A program made the position numbers and the translations under genes. A stretch of DNA of 64,000 nt from Octopus sinensis (Eukaryota), in contig NC_043015.1 in the NCBI RefSeq assembly GCF_006345805.1, forward strand, positions 2,728,001 through 2,792,000, written 5' to 3'. Position 1 is the first letter of the stretch. Each line of letters opens with the position of its first letter. The notes under the pieces are model-generated. The model saw nothing but the letters and a program-made list of their open reading frames with translations, made no database searches and was not told the DNA's origin. Below are positions 26,890 through 41,789 of the stretch, piece by piece.

Positions 26890-28128
26890 ATTGGTAAGAA
26901 AGTAACTTTGTCGTAAATGTGATTTTTTTGTAACGATATTTTTCCGAATTTTTTAATAACCTTTGTAAATACTATGATGTTTTGACATCTTGCCATTTGA
27001 TAGCCGTTACTTTTAGCTAAATTTCGAAGCAAATTACGCTCAATTTTGTTTAATGGTTGTACTCCGGTATCAGCTTTATCATGAAATGAGAAAACGAACA
27101 TTTTAGCCAAAATTGGTTTTTTTTTTTTTTTCCCTGAAAGCATAAAAGATACTGTGGCTCACAAAGAGATATGTGAAGTTTATAGTGATGATTGCTTAAC
27201 AGAACGCATATGTCAGAAATGGCTTGAAACCTGGAGTTTTTCACTCATTGTTGACCTGCTGAATTTGATGACTGAATCAAAGCTCTAGTTCCATCTTATT
27301 GTCATATAACTGTGGGAGATTGCTGAGAGCTTAAATATAACACTCACAACAATTGAAAATCACTTAAAATGCCTTGCCCACATTAAAAAAACACGATGAT
27401 GGGGTTCCACATAAATTGAAAGAGGTTGCGATATGCATTTCAAATGCAATAAAATTTTCTTTTTAAACGAATCATCACTGGTGATGAAAAATGGATTGTC
27501 TACAATAACATCGATCGAAAATGATCATGCTCGAAACGTAAAGAACTAGCACAAAAACTATAGAATGCTGAATTGCATCAACAAAACGGTCACGGTGTCA
27601 ATTTAGTGGTATTACAAATATGTGCATTTTGAGCTTCTTCCAAGAATCCCAATCGTTCACAGATTTACTCTCAACAACTAATGAAACTGGAGGAGGCAAT
27701 CAATGAAAAACAACGAAAAGTTGTCAAATCGTAATGGAATCCTGATCCAGCATGAGAAGTCTAGACGAAACAAGTATTTGCCAACTCGTGAAGAATTATT
27801 GGAACTTGGATCGGAAGTGATACCACATCCAGCATATAGCCCAGACGTTGCACCATCAGATTACATTTTACTTTGAAGTATACAAAATTCTTTAAACGGT
27901 AAATTTTTCAATAATAATGATGACCTGAAATCGTGTTTGCTTCAGTTTTAGCTCATAAGGAACTGAAGTGTTATGAGTGTAGAATCATGTAGTTACCAGA
28001 ACGATGGGAAAATGTCAACAAATACTATTGAAAATATAGAATTGATTAACATTTATTCTTTGGATGAGAGAAAAATGACATTATTTCATACTAAAATCAA
28101 ATGAAAATAATTTCTTGCCGACTCAATG
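26890..28128 (+). mobile_element. Decayed mariner DNA transposon (D,D34D type), different lineage from the 15.2-kb copy
   Basis: Motifs DGVPHKL (WVPHEL), FLKRIITGDEKWIVYNN, HPAYSPDVAPSDY and ERWENV. Terminal aagaaagtaa..ttatttcttgccgactcaat inverted-repeat remnants flanked by TA. Confidence 0.9.
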
Positions 28129-29655
28129 TATGTATATATATATATATATGATAATTATTTCGGATGTGTTCATTGAAAATCTGGAAATATGTAAACAACT
28201 TGATTCAACTCAAGCCTCCAGCACTGGATAAACATAAGGCCATTAACTTTCATTACTGCAATTCTAGACGATGCGCTTTATTGCAGACGAAACAGAGCGT
28301 ACTGTGGCTTGGCAGAGAAATTTTGCTGTAAACTCAATGTAATATTTTCCCACCTTTGCGGCTTCAGGATTCCCCCTTTTTTCAAACATTGCAAAATTCC
28401 TTCAACAAATAGTACTTCAGAGCTGAGGAGGCTAAAACAAAACACTTCCAAAATTATTTAGCGAGGAATTCAAGAGAAACTCTGAGCAGGATATACTTGA
28501 TTCGGAATCAGTATGGCAAAAAATACTGGAAAGGACAATTTTACATATATTTATATTTACAGCTTTTGAAAATTATTTTCGGTTAAAAGATGAAAAAGAA
28601 ACCTACTGTATGTGTATATGTATGTATTGGCCAACTCAGTACATACTTACACACACACACAAACACACGTACACAAACATGAGCGCGCGCACACACACAC
28701 ACAAAAGAACGCACGCAGAGACACACATACACAAACATACATACATATATATGTCGTAAACTTTAGCGTGCCACTGCATCGCTGAAATATTTAGGACAGT
28801 GCGGGTGTTGGCATCTGGACTATCTGGAGGCTATGCACAAGATGAGCAACATACATAAAGCATTTAAAATGAAACGCTGTGCTCAAATTCTTAATGGTTT
28901 ATTCAGAAAATGACACGAACACACTACATTCTGGTTCTGCAGTCAAATTAATGAGTTTCCGCATAATTGCATTATTACCACGCATGCACATACCGACGCA
29001 CATTGGAATCCGTTTACATACATACATACATCCATACATAAAAACACACACACACTCTCACAAGTATGTTTGTATGTATATATGCATGCATGTATTTGTC
29101 CTTGTATGTATGTTTGCCTATATATATATATATGTGTGTGTGTTTGTTTATATAAAAATGCTTCTGTGTGTGATTGTATCTTTTCTTCGATGAATCAAGT
29201 AACCAAGTAAAAATATAATACCTCAAATAAATCTTCTTTCCCAGTTTAACTCTCAACTTGAATACCTAGCGTTTTTATACAGAAATACTACTGTCAATAG
29301 AATCCTATGTAAATTATTTGTGCAGTCGATTTTTGGCAAACGAAGAAACAATGAATAGAATGGAAGCAGCCATCATGGCGTCTCTGATTTAAAATATGCA
29401 GACTGTGTGTCTGTGATATTTAATACTTTTCAAAATATCCTTCGCCTAAGTAGATTACGATGACTATGTGATAAAATTTATCCATTTTATATATTCACAG
29501 TCAAAACTATCTTCATACTCATATTGTCTAAGTTAAGTGTCATATATATTTAACGAAACACCATATTGAATTGACGTATCAGATAAAACGTATAATAAAA
29601 TGCATGGCATTGCATTAATAGAACTATGTATATACATGCCACTATATATATAATA

Positions 29656-29758
<103 letters not shown>

Positions 29759-29968
29759 GTACATATATATGTACATATATATCAATCTATATATCTATAT
29801 ATATGTGTATGTATGAATGTATGTATGTTTATATATAGTTAGAGAGATAGATAGAAGATAGATAGATAGAAAAATTGACAGGTAAAGATATATACGTATT
29901 CCTATTACCTATATATCTATCTGTACTTATGTATATGTACGCATTTGCATATGTATGTAAATACATAG

Positions 29969-30036
<68 letters not shown>

Positions 30037-30079
30037 TATACATATATATATATATATTTATTTATATATATATATATGC

Positions 30080-30156
<77 letters not shown>

Positions 30157-31704
30157 CATACACACATATATAGAGATCATTCTGCGTATGTATATATTGT
30201 AAATATAAGTACTTATATCATTCTCAGTAAATGTGTATCTGTATATCAATCAATATACACACGCACTCACACACACATAACACACATACATATGTATACA
30301 TGTATATATATAAATCAATGTTAGGACAGAATGATAAGCTGAAAGCAACATAAGGAAAAACAAAATTCACACTTGGCAAAAACAGCATAGACATCATTAG
30401 CAGCCGATTTCCCTTTCAGTCAGTGTCCGAAAATTCCTTGCATTTTAGCACTCATTTCTCTCCGGGACTGCTCCAATCTGGCAAGTTCCAGGGACTTAAG
30501 CTACAAGTATTAATCTTCTGGAAAAGGCAAACAGACGTATGCAAGGACGAAAGCAAACAATGAAACACAGAGAAGAACGCTAGAGTTATAGACATAGAAC
30601 GCCTTTCAGCTATACAACGGAAAGAAAATAATTGTACATTTACGAATAGACATAAATAAACAGCACAAAGAATCTTTCGACACTTGGATGAACGTAACGT
30701 TATGAAATAATAATGCAAGGGCAACAGAAAAATAATTTTACATATACAATGGACAAGTGCCTTTCGGCTACACAACAAGAGGAAAATAATTGTACACATA
30801 CAACATGAATAAATAACAGAAAGTGTCTTTCGACTATCAGACGATTGTAGTAAGCTGGCGCGTAGGAAAAGGGGAAAATTTTAATAGACGGGGCGGGAGG
30901 ACACACTAACGTGACCAACCTGAAAGGCCGCTGATAGAAAAATAATGACAATGTCTTACGCGGACAACTATCACGTGGTTGATGTGGGAAAGCGTTGAGT
31001 GAGTAGAGGAACAAAGGAATAGGGGACAAGGGAAATAAATCAACGGGACTAAAGAATGACAGGGCGGGAAAGAGGGAGGCAGAGAGAGATAGAAAGAAAA
31101 TGAAAGAGACAGCGACAAATGGTACAAGGGCGACAAGCAAGGCACGAAAACACATGGATTGAAGAATAAGAGGGGGAAAGGGGATTAAGGGATAGGAGAG
31201 AGGAAACATGGAATCAGTGGGAATAAGGGGAAGAGAGAAGGAGAGGAAAAGGGAGAAAGAAGGAAAGAACAATGGAGAAAAACGACGAAGGGAAAGAGGG
31301 GGACAGTCGTACATAATATTCAGGGATTTAACAACACAAACAGCAGGTTGTACAGTTCGCTACGTAAATAAATCAAGGCTAGAACAGAAAGAACACAACT
31401 AACGGAAGTCAATAAAATGCGTGCCATTAAAATATTTAATGGCTATCAAAATATTTAATTGACATATCAGTCAACAAAATGCGGCAAAATAGATGATAAA
31501 ATAACAAATACCAAACAGGACAAAAACAAGATACGGGTGTCAGTCGCAGCCGATTTACGGACACCGACTTAAGAAGAAGTCGGATGCCAATGATCCATGT
31601 CTCTTGTTTTTGTCCTGTTTGACTTTTGGTATGCTTTCGTCTGTTTTTTCCGCTTATGTTCTTTCTGTCCTACACTTTATCTATCCTTGTGTACACACGC
31701 GCGC

Positions 31705-31878
31705 GCGCAGGAGTGGCTGTGTGGTAAGTACGGTGCTTACCAGCCACATTGTTCTGGGTTCAGTCCCACTGAGTCGCACCTTGGGCAAGTGTTTTCCACT
31801 ATAGCTTTGGGCTGACCAAAGCCATGTGAGTGGATTGGTAGACGGAAACTGAAAGAAGCCTGTCGTATATATGTATGC

Positions 31879-31914
<36 letters not shown>

Positions 31915-32048
31915 ATGTGTTTGTTTGTCCCAGCAACATCATTGACCACCAATGTTGTTGTGCTTACGTCCCCGTAACGTAGCGGTTCGGCAAAAACGAC
32001 GGATAGAATAAGATATAGGCTTACAGAAAGTAAGTCCTGGGGTCGATG
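31705..32048 (+). mobile_element. SINE family C, tail missing
   Basis: ggagtggctgtgtggtaag..gggttcagtccc..gacggaaactgaaagaagcc..(TA)(TG)..cctggggtcgat. Confidence 0.85.
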
Positions 32049-33268
32049 AAAGACACACATTCACACACACACACTTCTATAAAATATTTACTCGCCCTTA
32101 AATTTCAGATATTTGTCTGCCGACAACAGAATCGAAAGCATGGGGGACGTGCAAATATCAAGAAGAATACAAAGTATATACGCTAAATATTGCATTCCCA
32201 TCCAAAACACCAACGTCTTGTTTGCACTGAGGCTAACCGATTTTTGTGCAATAGACCAATCGTAGATTTAAAGTAATGATTTGTTGTGTTGGCTCAAAGT
32301 TACTTCTAATGAATCTAGATGATCGAATACAAAAAATAGAGATATCTCGACAATTTTTTGATTTTGAAACGCTAGTATCTGCTCTATAACGATGACTAGT
32401 TATCACCCCTGTTACTATAATATGGAAATATTATAGCAACTGGAAATAATCAATACTGCATGAAAGCAGGTGTATTGTGGAAAACGTTGAGATTTACATA
32501 CAGATTGTACGTTTGGACGCGGACATTTCTCGCTATCATTTTTCAATCATATATATAATTTCATATCATTATCCCTGATTACAAATATTATATATGAATC
32601 GGTAGTGATAAAATCAGATATTTCTAAATGCATCAAATATTTATATCCAGCTTCGCTACATCACATCTATACCATTGGTTCAAAAATATGTTTTATTAAA
32701 TTAAAACTGTGTAGCAAGTATTAATTAGAAGTGTTTGAATGACGATGCATTTACCAATGCTTGCATAAATTATTGATAGACACATTGTTATTAGGAACAC
32801 TTTACAAACGAATCCGTCGACGCACATACTAGGTGCATCAGTGATGTATTCGAGTAATAATTATATGATATTAAAGCGAATACTATATTTATTCTAACTG
32901 TATGAAATACTTCGAGGAAATTAACGTTAAGCGCAACAAATGGAATTATTAATAATTGTATTAGTCTGAGCATATCACTGATAAATATAGGGAAGAATTT
33001 CAATATTCCATTAAATGAGATATGTTACAAGAAGCAAACGTGAAAATGATTTCAATACAGTACATAACACATGTAGTTAGATATTTCCAGAAAAGAAAAT
33101 GTCTAATAATCTCCGCTTATATTCATATAAAAAGACTTAATCAATAAATAGAAGTAAAGAATTTAATAATTATTTATGTTAACAGTATGTAATATATAAG
33201 TATGTATGATATACATACATACATACATATGTTAAGGGGAAAACCACAAACAATGAACATACGCAAAA

Positions 33269-33269
<1 letters not shown>

Positions 33270-33309
<40 letters not shown>

Positions 33310-33317
33310 ATAGTAGC

Positions 33318-33349
<32 letters not shown>

Positions 33350-33371
33350 CAGCAGCAGCAGCAATAGTAGC

Positions 33372-33443
<72 letters not shown>

Positions 33444-33465
33444 CAGCAGCAGCAGCAGCAGTAGT
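33270..33465. repeat. (AGT)/(AGC)n microsatellite
   Basis: Direct reading. Confidence 0.95.
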
Positions 33466-33609
33466 AGATTGTGTGTCCATGTAGTTACATTAATAATAGT
33501 ACATTCTATTATGTTTACAAGTCCTGCTATTATGAAAGAAGAGGTAATTGGATTACATCGATCCCAATATCAAACTACTGCTCATTTTATGAGCTCCGAA
33601 ATTATGAGC

Positions 33610-33990
33610 AGCAACATCGACTTCGGCTGAATTTGAACTCAGGGCGGAATGACGAACGAAATGCTGCTATTGGACTTTCTACAGCGTGTTAAATATTTTT
33701 CGAGCCTAACAGAGAGAGAGTTAAAGTCCACCTTTCAACTCACAGCATAATGTCGCTAAGTATTATGTGTGTAATGCTAACGATACATTAGCAGGTCGAC
33801 TAGGATCCTATTAATATTGGTTTTTATTGTGACACAAGACTAGCAAGGTTTCCGTCCATTACATCAACACAAATGCTCAACTGGCAATTATTTTATTAAC
33901 CCGGAATTATGTAACACAAAATTTACCGCAGCGAGACTTGAACTCAGAAAATGCTATTAAGCATTTTGTCCCGGAGTGCTGGGTTCCACA
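33610..33990 (-). mobile_element. Two degenerate A-related SINE fragments
   Basis: aatttgaactcag and cttgaactcagaa..gcattttgtcccgg motifs. Confidence 0.5.
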
Positions 33991-34596
33991 TAATCCACAA
34001 ATACCCTACCCAGGAGTTTTAGGCCTTTATCGTAAAGTAGAATTGAATATTATTAACCTACTGCTAATATGAATAATAATATCAGCATCGACGACATCAT
34101 TTTATTCGCTATATATACGAGAGACATGATTAACGATTTTGACAAGTTTAAAGAATCCCTTTTTTACTAAAATATGTCATAAGTTGAGCGGATAATCGGT
34201 AAGCGAAGAGCTTAGATTTACAGAGCCTAACGCGTATGTTGTTTATCCTTTTATCACGTGAGTAAACTTATCTATTTTAGTATAAATTAGTTTTAGCCTC
34301 TTTTTATGGACCAGTTCTATTTCAATGATATAATTTGCCCAGAGTGTGATGCAAGATTGAGTGTCATGATGCATTTTTAGTAGTTCTGGATAATGTTTTT
34401 TTTTTTCTTCAGCGAATGTACTCTGATTGTTATCTACACCATTGGATCAATATTAGTGTTTGAAACCGTAAGGGCACTGATGACAGTCTATTTGTACGTC
34501 GGTACAGCGAGAATACGATAATGACAATAAAACGGAGAAAAGAATTAAAGAGTATAAAAGGAGAAAAAAAAGAAGAGGAAACAGGAGCAACATCAA

Positions 34597-34728
34597 TGGT
34601 GGTGGTAGTAGTAGTAGAAGTAGTAGTAGTAGTAGTAGGAGGAGGAGGAGGAGGAGGAAGAGGAAGAGGAGGAATAATAATAAGAAGAAGAAGACGAAAT
34701 AGAAGAAGAAGAAGGAGGAGGAGGAGAA

Positions 34729-34775
<47 letters not shown>

Positions 34776-34815
34776 AGAAGAAGAAGAAGAAGAAGAAGAA
34801 GAAGAAGAAGAATAT
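34597..34815. repeat. (GTA)/(GGA)/(AAG)n purine-rich microsatellite
   Basis: Direct reading. Source of the poly-R ORF. Confidence 0.95.
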
Positions 34816-36399
34816 GAAGAAGGGGAAGGGAAGACGGTAGCAGGGGATCAGTAACTGCAGTAAAATGAGAAAAACAAACTGAAGGAGAAGAAGAGGAAGA
34901 AATATTCCTATAAAGCAAACGCTGGTAATATCTCCTTAAACCGAACACCGAATCTAAAATTTCAGATTTGGAGACAGGCAACGTGTAATTTGTCACAAAG
35001 AGAGCTTAGCATTTTTATGCACAGAGCTGACATCCCGAGGGAAATATTCATTCAGGAATATGACGTGAGGCTGACACAATAAAGTCACAAGCCTTTTTCA
35101 TTTGTTGAAATATCTAATGAGATTAAAGAAAATGCTAAAACTAAAAAGAACATTTGATGATGGTCTGTAGTTGCATGTGTTAGTCAGATAATGTAAGATC
35201 ATCTTCACAAGCTCATTAAATTGACAAATTTTTTTAAAAATCAAAAAACTATAAAACATTAAAGAAAATATGACATCGTTTAGTAAAAATAATATCTGAC
35301 GCTGAGATGTGCAAAGAACTAAAGAACTGAAAATGTATCGGCCTTCTTTGAAGCGACAGAATTGTTTCGTTGGAAAATAATTCACGACCGTATAGCGTTC
35401 ATACATAACAAGAATTACATAGTTATTCAAATACTTAATAAAAACAGACTCGAATGCCTATGTAACTATATTATACGAAAGTGTATAGAGATGCAGCACG
35501 AAGTTTTGTCTGTGAACAGGTCGCGGTCTCAAAGCGACGAAAATATTTTGACAAATTAAATTTAAATGTTGAAGTGAATCTAACGGTTTTGTGTGTTTCT
35601 TAAATGGCTTATAAACACTTTCCACGCTGCTATTGTATACATTCAAATATCATTACAATTGAATTATTGTAAGAGATTATTCCTTCAATCAGGTTCTTGG
35701 AGAAATAAAACAATTGGAACAAGAACAAAATATTCAACCCAAAATACAGGAAAACGAATAGACAAGAATACCTTACCACGAACCTTACAGGCAATAAAAA
35801 AGATCTTTTTTCTTAAACCTTGAACGAAATCATAGACAAAATGAAGTGAGAGAACATGCAATGAGAAATGCACCTGAAATGAAAACATCTATGTGACAAC
35901 ATTTTTTGCCCAAATCACCAATATAACATTTTCATACATAGTAAGAAACTTCACTCAACACGACCATACAGCGTGCTGAATCCAATCAATCACTTAGTAC
36001 ATAGTAAATTTTATTGTTAATTTCTCGATGTTAATTTCTCCCTATGTATTCAAAGTGATATTCAATAAGTTGGTGTATATCTTCTTTTCACCATTAACCA
36101 GGAGAGGAATTTCAAAAACACTCTCCATAATACTTGAATTTAAATGAAAGTGTTCCTTACAGTTATATAAGAAAGGATTTTGCTTATCATTTCATATGAA
36201 TAATATATCGCCATTTTGTCATCGAAAAGAAACATACAGGTTCTTTACTGTCTCATAAACATATGTTTGCTTTTGGATTCTTTAAGAGAAAACAACAACA
36301 TTAAACAGATTAGAGGGGAGTATGAAGCCTTTCATGTATTGTAAATTTCAAGAACATTAAAATGAAAGAAACATACTGATTGGGCAAATGACATTTTTT

Positions 36400-37205
36400 A
36401 AAATCCAAGCGTTAGGATAACAATAGAAATATTTAGATAGCTGTCAATGATATCACTTTAAGTTAACTGCATAAACGATTTCCTTCTCAAATGCTATAAT
36501 GCCGCTGATTAATGGTGGGAAAGCTATCAAACCTTATATCACTTCTATCCTGAGCATGTTTCGGAAACAAAATTAACTAACCTATGCTTAAACCTTTATA
36601 ATTTTTGGTTAGAAGCATTTTGAAAGTATAATAAACAATATAAATATATCCCTACCTTAGTTAAAAAAAAGATAAAGCTTCATTTATGGTCTTCTTCGTT
36701 CCAAGTTATCGACTGGTTTAGTTCCATTAATAACAAGAAGTCCACTAGGTTTATCCAGGTTGACATTTCTAGTTTCTATTCCTCTATAAACCCGATCGTA
36801 CTTAAGAAGGCCCTATGGCTCACTCACAGCAAAGCAGGTGTTATCAGGGATGAAAATAACGTCTTGTTAGCCGCCAGAGAAAAATACTACGATTAAATTT
36901 AATAACAAGCTCTGGGTTCTTAAATATACACCCGACAATTTTGATATCACGATGGGAAGTTCTGATTCAGCAAAATATGTTCGGTATATATATCGTCTAT
37001 GAGATGACTGACCAATTCCCAAACATCAACGGAGGTCTATAGCATGATGATTGTCTACTATATCTTCAAAATACTTCCAACCAAAAATTACAAAGGGTTA
37101 AGAATAGCTTAGTTAATTTTTTTCCGAAACATGAGCATAAGTAGTTTTGACGATGATATAACTAAACCCAACATTTTGGATATTACCCTTAACCTGCATA
37201 ATGAT
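36400..37205 (+). mobile_element. Penelope-like element reverse transcriptase relic (pseudogene)
   Basis: Manual translation gives LWSSSFQVIDWFSSINNKKSTRFIQVDISSFYSSI, LWVLKYTPDNFDITMGSSDSA, GGL*HDDCL (degenerate YRDD) and NILDITLNL. These are PLE RT motifs with frameshifts and stops. Confidence 0.85.
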
Positions 37206-37389
37206 TCATATTTCTCATACCATAAACACTCAACTAATTAAAAATGTATTGCATCTATCAGTAGTCACTTCTTTATTGTTAACACTACTACTACTACAAC
37301 AAATAATAATAATAATAATGATGATGATGATGATGATAATAATAATAATAATAATAATGTTAATAATAACGATAGTGACGAGTTACATC

Positions 37390-37825
37390 AATTGTTCTGC
37401 TCATTACCGCAGATATATTTGGCCGTTGCTTGACCTTAACTAGTTAAGCACGGCCCTAGGTGGCTGTCAATATATACATCTATAATCACGATCAGAAGTA
37501 GTGGAGAAGAATCATAGCCTTACGTTTGAAGGATTTATTTGCGATTTCAATAATTCATGCCTGAAAACGTGGATGTTTCGTTCGACAACATTAAACGATA
37601 TATATTAAGGGACCTTTTGAATGAGATGGGCTACTCGAGGTGAATAAATTTCTAATTGGGTCCCAGCTGAAAGGTCATGCGATGTTTCACCATGTAGCGT
37701 ACGTATGGTTGTGACGCTTGAGACTGGTGTGACCTTATCAGTCGAGTAAACATGATGTGTATACTGGGTTTCGTATATTTGTAACATAGTGTCACGTAGA
37801 TAGCATGTGCTCCTCTCTCACTCTA
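37390..37825. repeat. Probable unclassified interspersed repeat flanked by microsatellites
   Basis: GC-richer block resembling a repeat I recall from octopus DNA. There is only one copy in this window, so it is unverified. Confidence 0.35.
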
Positions 37826-37834
37826 TAATAACTA

Positions 37835-37910
<76 letters not shown>

Positions 37911-37933
37911 TCATATATATATATATATACATA

Positions 37934-37975
<42 letters not shown>

Positions 37976-38889
37976 TATATATATATACATGTGTGTGTGT
38001 GTATGTATGTATATACACATAATTATTACTATTTATATTGTTATTAATATTATAGTCACCGTGTTTTCTTGCAAACATTATCGTTATAAATTTGTCGGAT
38101 TTAAACAGGAAGAATTAAATTACTGTCAAGTGTACATTCTTGGTGGCTCTTTTAGCAATATTGAAAATACAAAATCAATATTGTCCTAAGAATCAATAAA
38201 AATCAGTGGCGTATCCTACGATACAATAGTTTCAATTACGGTCAAGCAAATTTTGTTAGTGTAAAATATGAAGAAACCGCGTTTAAGTGTAAACACAGCA
38301 ACACATTACGATAACTATGAAATATATATCTCGTGTATTCTGAAGAGCAGTTTTAAAATTTTTTTAAAAATATTGTTTGGAGTAGCATTACTTGATGTAT
38401 ATATTCCTTAGACATTTTCTAAGAATGCCATTTCAAATATACATCAGTACACTTAATGGAAGGCTCATATAATGTGATAATATAAGATGAACAGGGAAAT
38501 TAACGAGAGAGAGTAATAGAAGTAAAAAAAATTAGAGCGAACCATATGTAGGGAAAATGACGAATATGTCACAACTTACATGGAACACGAGGCAAATTGG
38601 GCTGTGCAATGTAATAAAATAAAGAAATAATATGATGAAAAATATAAATTTTTGAAAATATCCTTAAATTGGTAGAGAATTATGGTTAATGCCAACATAA
38701 ATTATATGCAGCTATGTTGGAGTTTAATATGTATGTACTTCTGTTTCAAAGTGCAATATTATCATATATCTTTATGATAGTCTTTTGAGATCTATGTATT
38801 TGTATTTTTATCTATTCAGGGGTTTATTCATGTATACATGCAAATAGGTGTGAGCGTGTGAGTGTGTATATATATATATATATATATTC

Positions 38890-39085
38890 AGTTGAAATAT
38901 GCAGAAAAACAAAAGACGAAAACGGGTGTATGAAAAACAAGCAGGTATATGTATATTAGTTTGACACTCTAGAAAGTGATACAGGATTTCGTGTTTCTAG
39001 CATACGCTCTTTAACTACAAGGAATATGAGAAAATAAGCAGGGAGGAATTAAAAAAAAAAATTGTGGATTTAACGATCAATCATA
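38890..39085 (-). mobile_element. Old diverged relative of the 20466/61108 hammerhead element
   Basis: aaaacaaaagacgaa..ttagtttgacactc..gtttctagcatacgctctttaac parallels gtttcgagcctacgctcttcaac. The ribozyme core is decayed. Confidence 0.5.
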
Positions 39086-39434
39086 TCAGTACGTTGATAT
39101 ATGTATATATATATATATACATATGTATATGTATATATATATGGAAATGTACATGTGCCTGCGTGTGTGTGTGGTGTGTGTGTATGTGTGTGGAATATTA
39201 CTGTGCTGGCAAATTATGTCCAATATAAATTCGGCGTCAAATTCAAAAGAAAACTGAGTTTTTTCGTGATGTATCTCACTTGAAACTATATTTATCTCAT
39301 ACATAACGTTTATCGCATTACGTAATAGTCTCTTCCCAAATTCCATTTATAACATTCTATATCTATCTATCTCTCAATACCTTTCTCTATATCTCTCTGA
39401 CTCTCTCTATCTACGCCTCTCTTTCTTTCACTCC

Positions 39435-39484
<50 letters not shown>

Positions 39485-39713
39485 CAATGTATACGAGTAT
39501 ATATATAGCTACATACATATTTCTCTCTCTCTCTCTTTATATATATATATATATACGCATACATACATAGATACATATATATATGTGCATGCATACATAG
39601 ATACATATATATATTTATTTATTTATCACATTCCCCAGCGTCATACTAATACACCTAGTTGTTGTTCATACACCTGTCTTCGTCGGTTTTCTTGTTTTTC
39701 TTTAAATATTACC

Positions 39714-39746
<33 letters not shown>

Positions 39747-40396
39747 ACATGCGCGTGCATGTGCCTCATTCTGTTTGTGCATGTGAGTGTTAAAGGAAAC
39801 TTAAATTGTATACAAAAAAATATATTTCGAGAACTGTCATTGAAATTTTTATGAAAGGAGAACTTACTGCTGTAAAGAAAATTCAGCAATCAGACACACG
39901 GATAAACTTCTCCCAAGTCTGTACAGTAGGTTTAAGGGGAAAGGAATGAACGGAATGCTAATGTTAAAACATGCTTTCATTTCTCGTTCAGTCGTTAAAG
40001 GAATAATTTATTTCACCCGCAACACAAACGATAATAATCCGCTCGATGTTAGCTTTGGGTATCGACAAAAATGGATAGGAGAGACAGGTCAAGGAAAACT
40101 GCAAAATATAGCAATTGAAACTGTATTAAGCGGAAGAGGTAGGTATATCGTAGTAGTGTTTTAAATGCGTGGATATATAACTTCCATTCTGATATTCTTT
40201 TCTAATCTAGGCACAAACCTGATATATTTGGGAAAAGGGCCACTCGATCGATAGCTAATGACTGCATCATTCGAAAGAGAAATATATTCTGCATAAGGTG
40301 TAATAGATAAAAATAATTTGCATTGTGTTAGTCACAAAATGTTTTGTAAGAAATAGAACTTTTATCATCGGTCTTAAATTTATTTTCGCTTGTTTG

Positions 40397-40435
<39 letters not shown>

Positions 40436-40454
40436 CAATAAGTCATGAAATACC

Positions 40455-40685
40455 TATTTCCTTACTACCCACAAGGGGCTAAATACAGAGATGGCAAACA
40501 AGGACAGACAAAGAGATTAAGTCGATTATATCGATCCCAGTTCATAACTGGTACAAAATGTATCGCCCCGAGAGAATAAAAGGCAAATCGACCTCGGCGG
40601 AATTTGAACTCAGAAATTAACGGCAGACGAAGTACGGCTAAGCATTTCGCCCGGCGTGCTAACGTCACAGCCAGTACACCGCCTC
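40455..40685 (-). mobile_element. SINE family A, full length, part of a larger TSD-bounded composite
   Basis: Reverse complement of the 2691 copy. An 18-bp duplication lies at 40179-40196 and 40686-40703. Confidence 0.85.
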
Positions 40686-41073
40686 AACATCCATTCTGAT
40701 ATTGAATTTATAATGTTACCGAAATCCTTCTGAAGTGCAATATGTATAATCAAACCAGTAACAGATCTATGCAGGCCTCTCCGTTATTTTATTACACACA
40801 TACGTAATTACACTCACTCACACACACACTCACTCACTCAATCACTCACTCGCTCACTCACTCACTCACTCACTCACTCACTCACTCACTCACATACTCA
40901 CACACACTCACCCATTTATAAGCACACACACACACACATATATATATCGTGTAGTATTCAATAAGGTTTTAGTTATTAAGTTGTTTCCATTTCTATATGT
41001 ATTTTCTTTTACTTTGCTATATACTATATCATTATTAAAGTAAGCGTGTAACGCACATAAAAAGACAAATATG

Positions 41074-41137
<64 letters not shown>

Positions 41138-41209
41138 AGTGTGTATGTATATATATGTATATATATATAATATATATATATATATGTACATATATATATA
41201 TATACATAC

Positions 41210-41240
<31 letters not shown>

Positions 41241-41789
41241 CATTATATATATATTTGTTACGTTTACTTAATTTGATACATATATATATATATATGTATG
41301 AATAGGAGTGAGAATGGGTATGTGCATATGTACGCGTGCGCAACATGTAGGTGCTGTGCATACTTACGTATTTGTGAATATAAGCAAAATAAACCCTCAA
41401 ATAGATAGATCGATACGTAGATAGATATATAGATAGATGTATAGATGAATAGATAGACACAGAGAGATACAGAGAGGAAGAGGGCGTGTAAGCGAGAAGA
41501 AGCGAGGAGTGAAAATATATACATATATGTGTGTGTGTATGCTGTGTGGATGAAAGCAGATACAAATTTTGTTGGTCATGCGAGTGAACAACTTCAATGG
41601 ATTAGATTTATTAATATAGTTCATGATATCAAAAACTGTTTCATCTAGAATACATGCAAGTTTGGCGACTGAATATAATTACTCGAAGTGAGATTTTACA
41701 GCAATTGTAACATTTCTATCCGACATACAAGGCGAAATTTATAGCAAAATCAATGGTCCTCCCCGATGCATATCCACATACAACTGATT

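Noticed and set aside
30700-31314. 204-aa minus-strand ORF, the longest in the track
   Set aside because: Low-complexity F/L/S/P sequence produced by a pyrimidine-rich strand; not protein-like.
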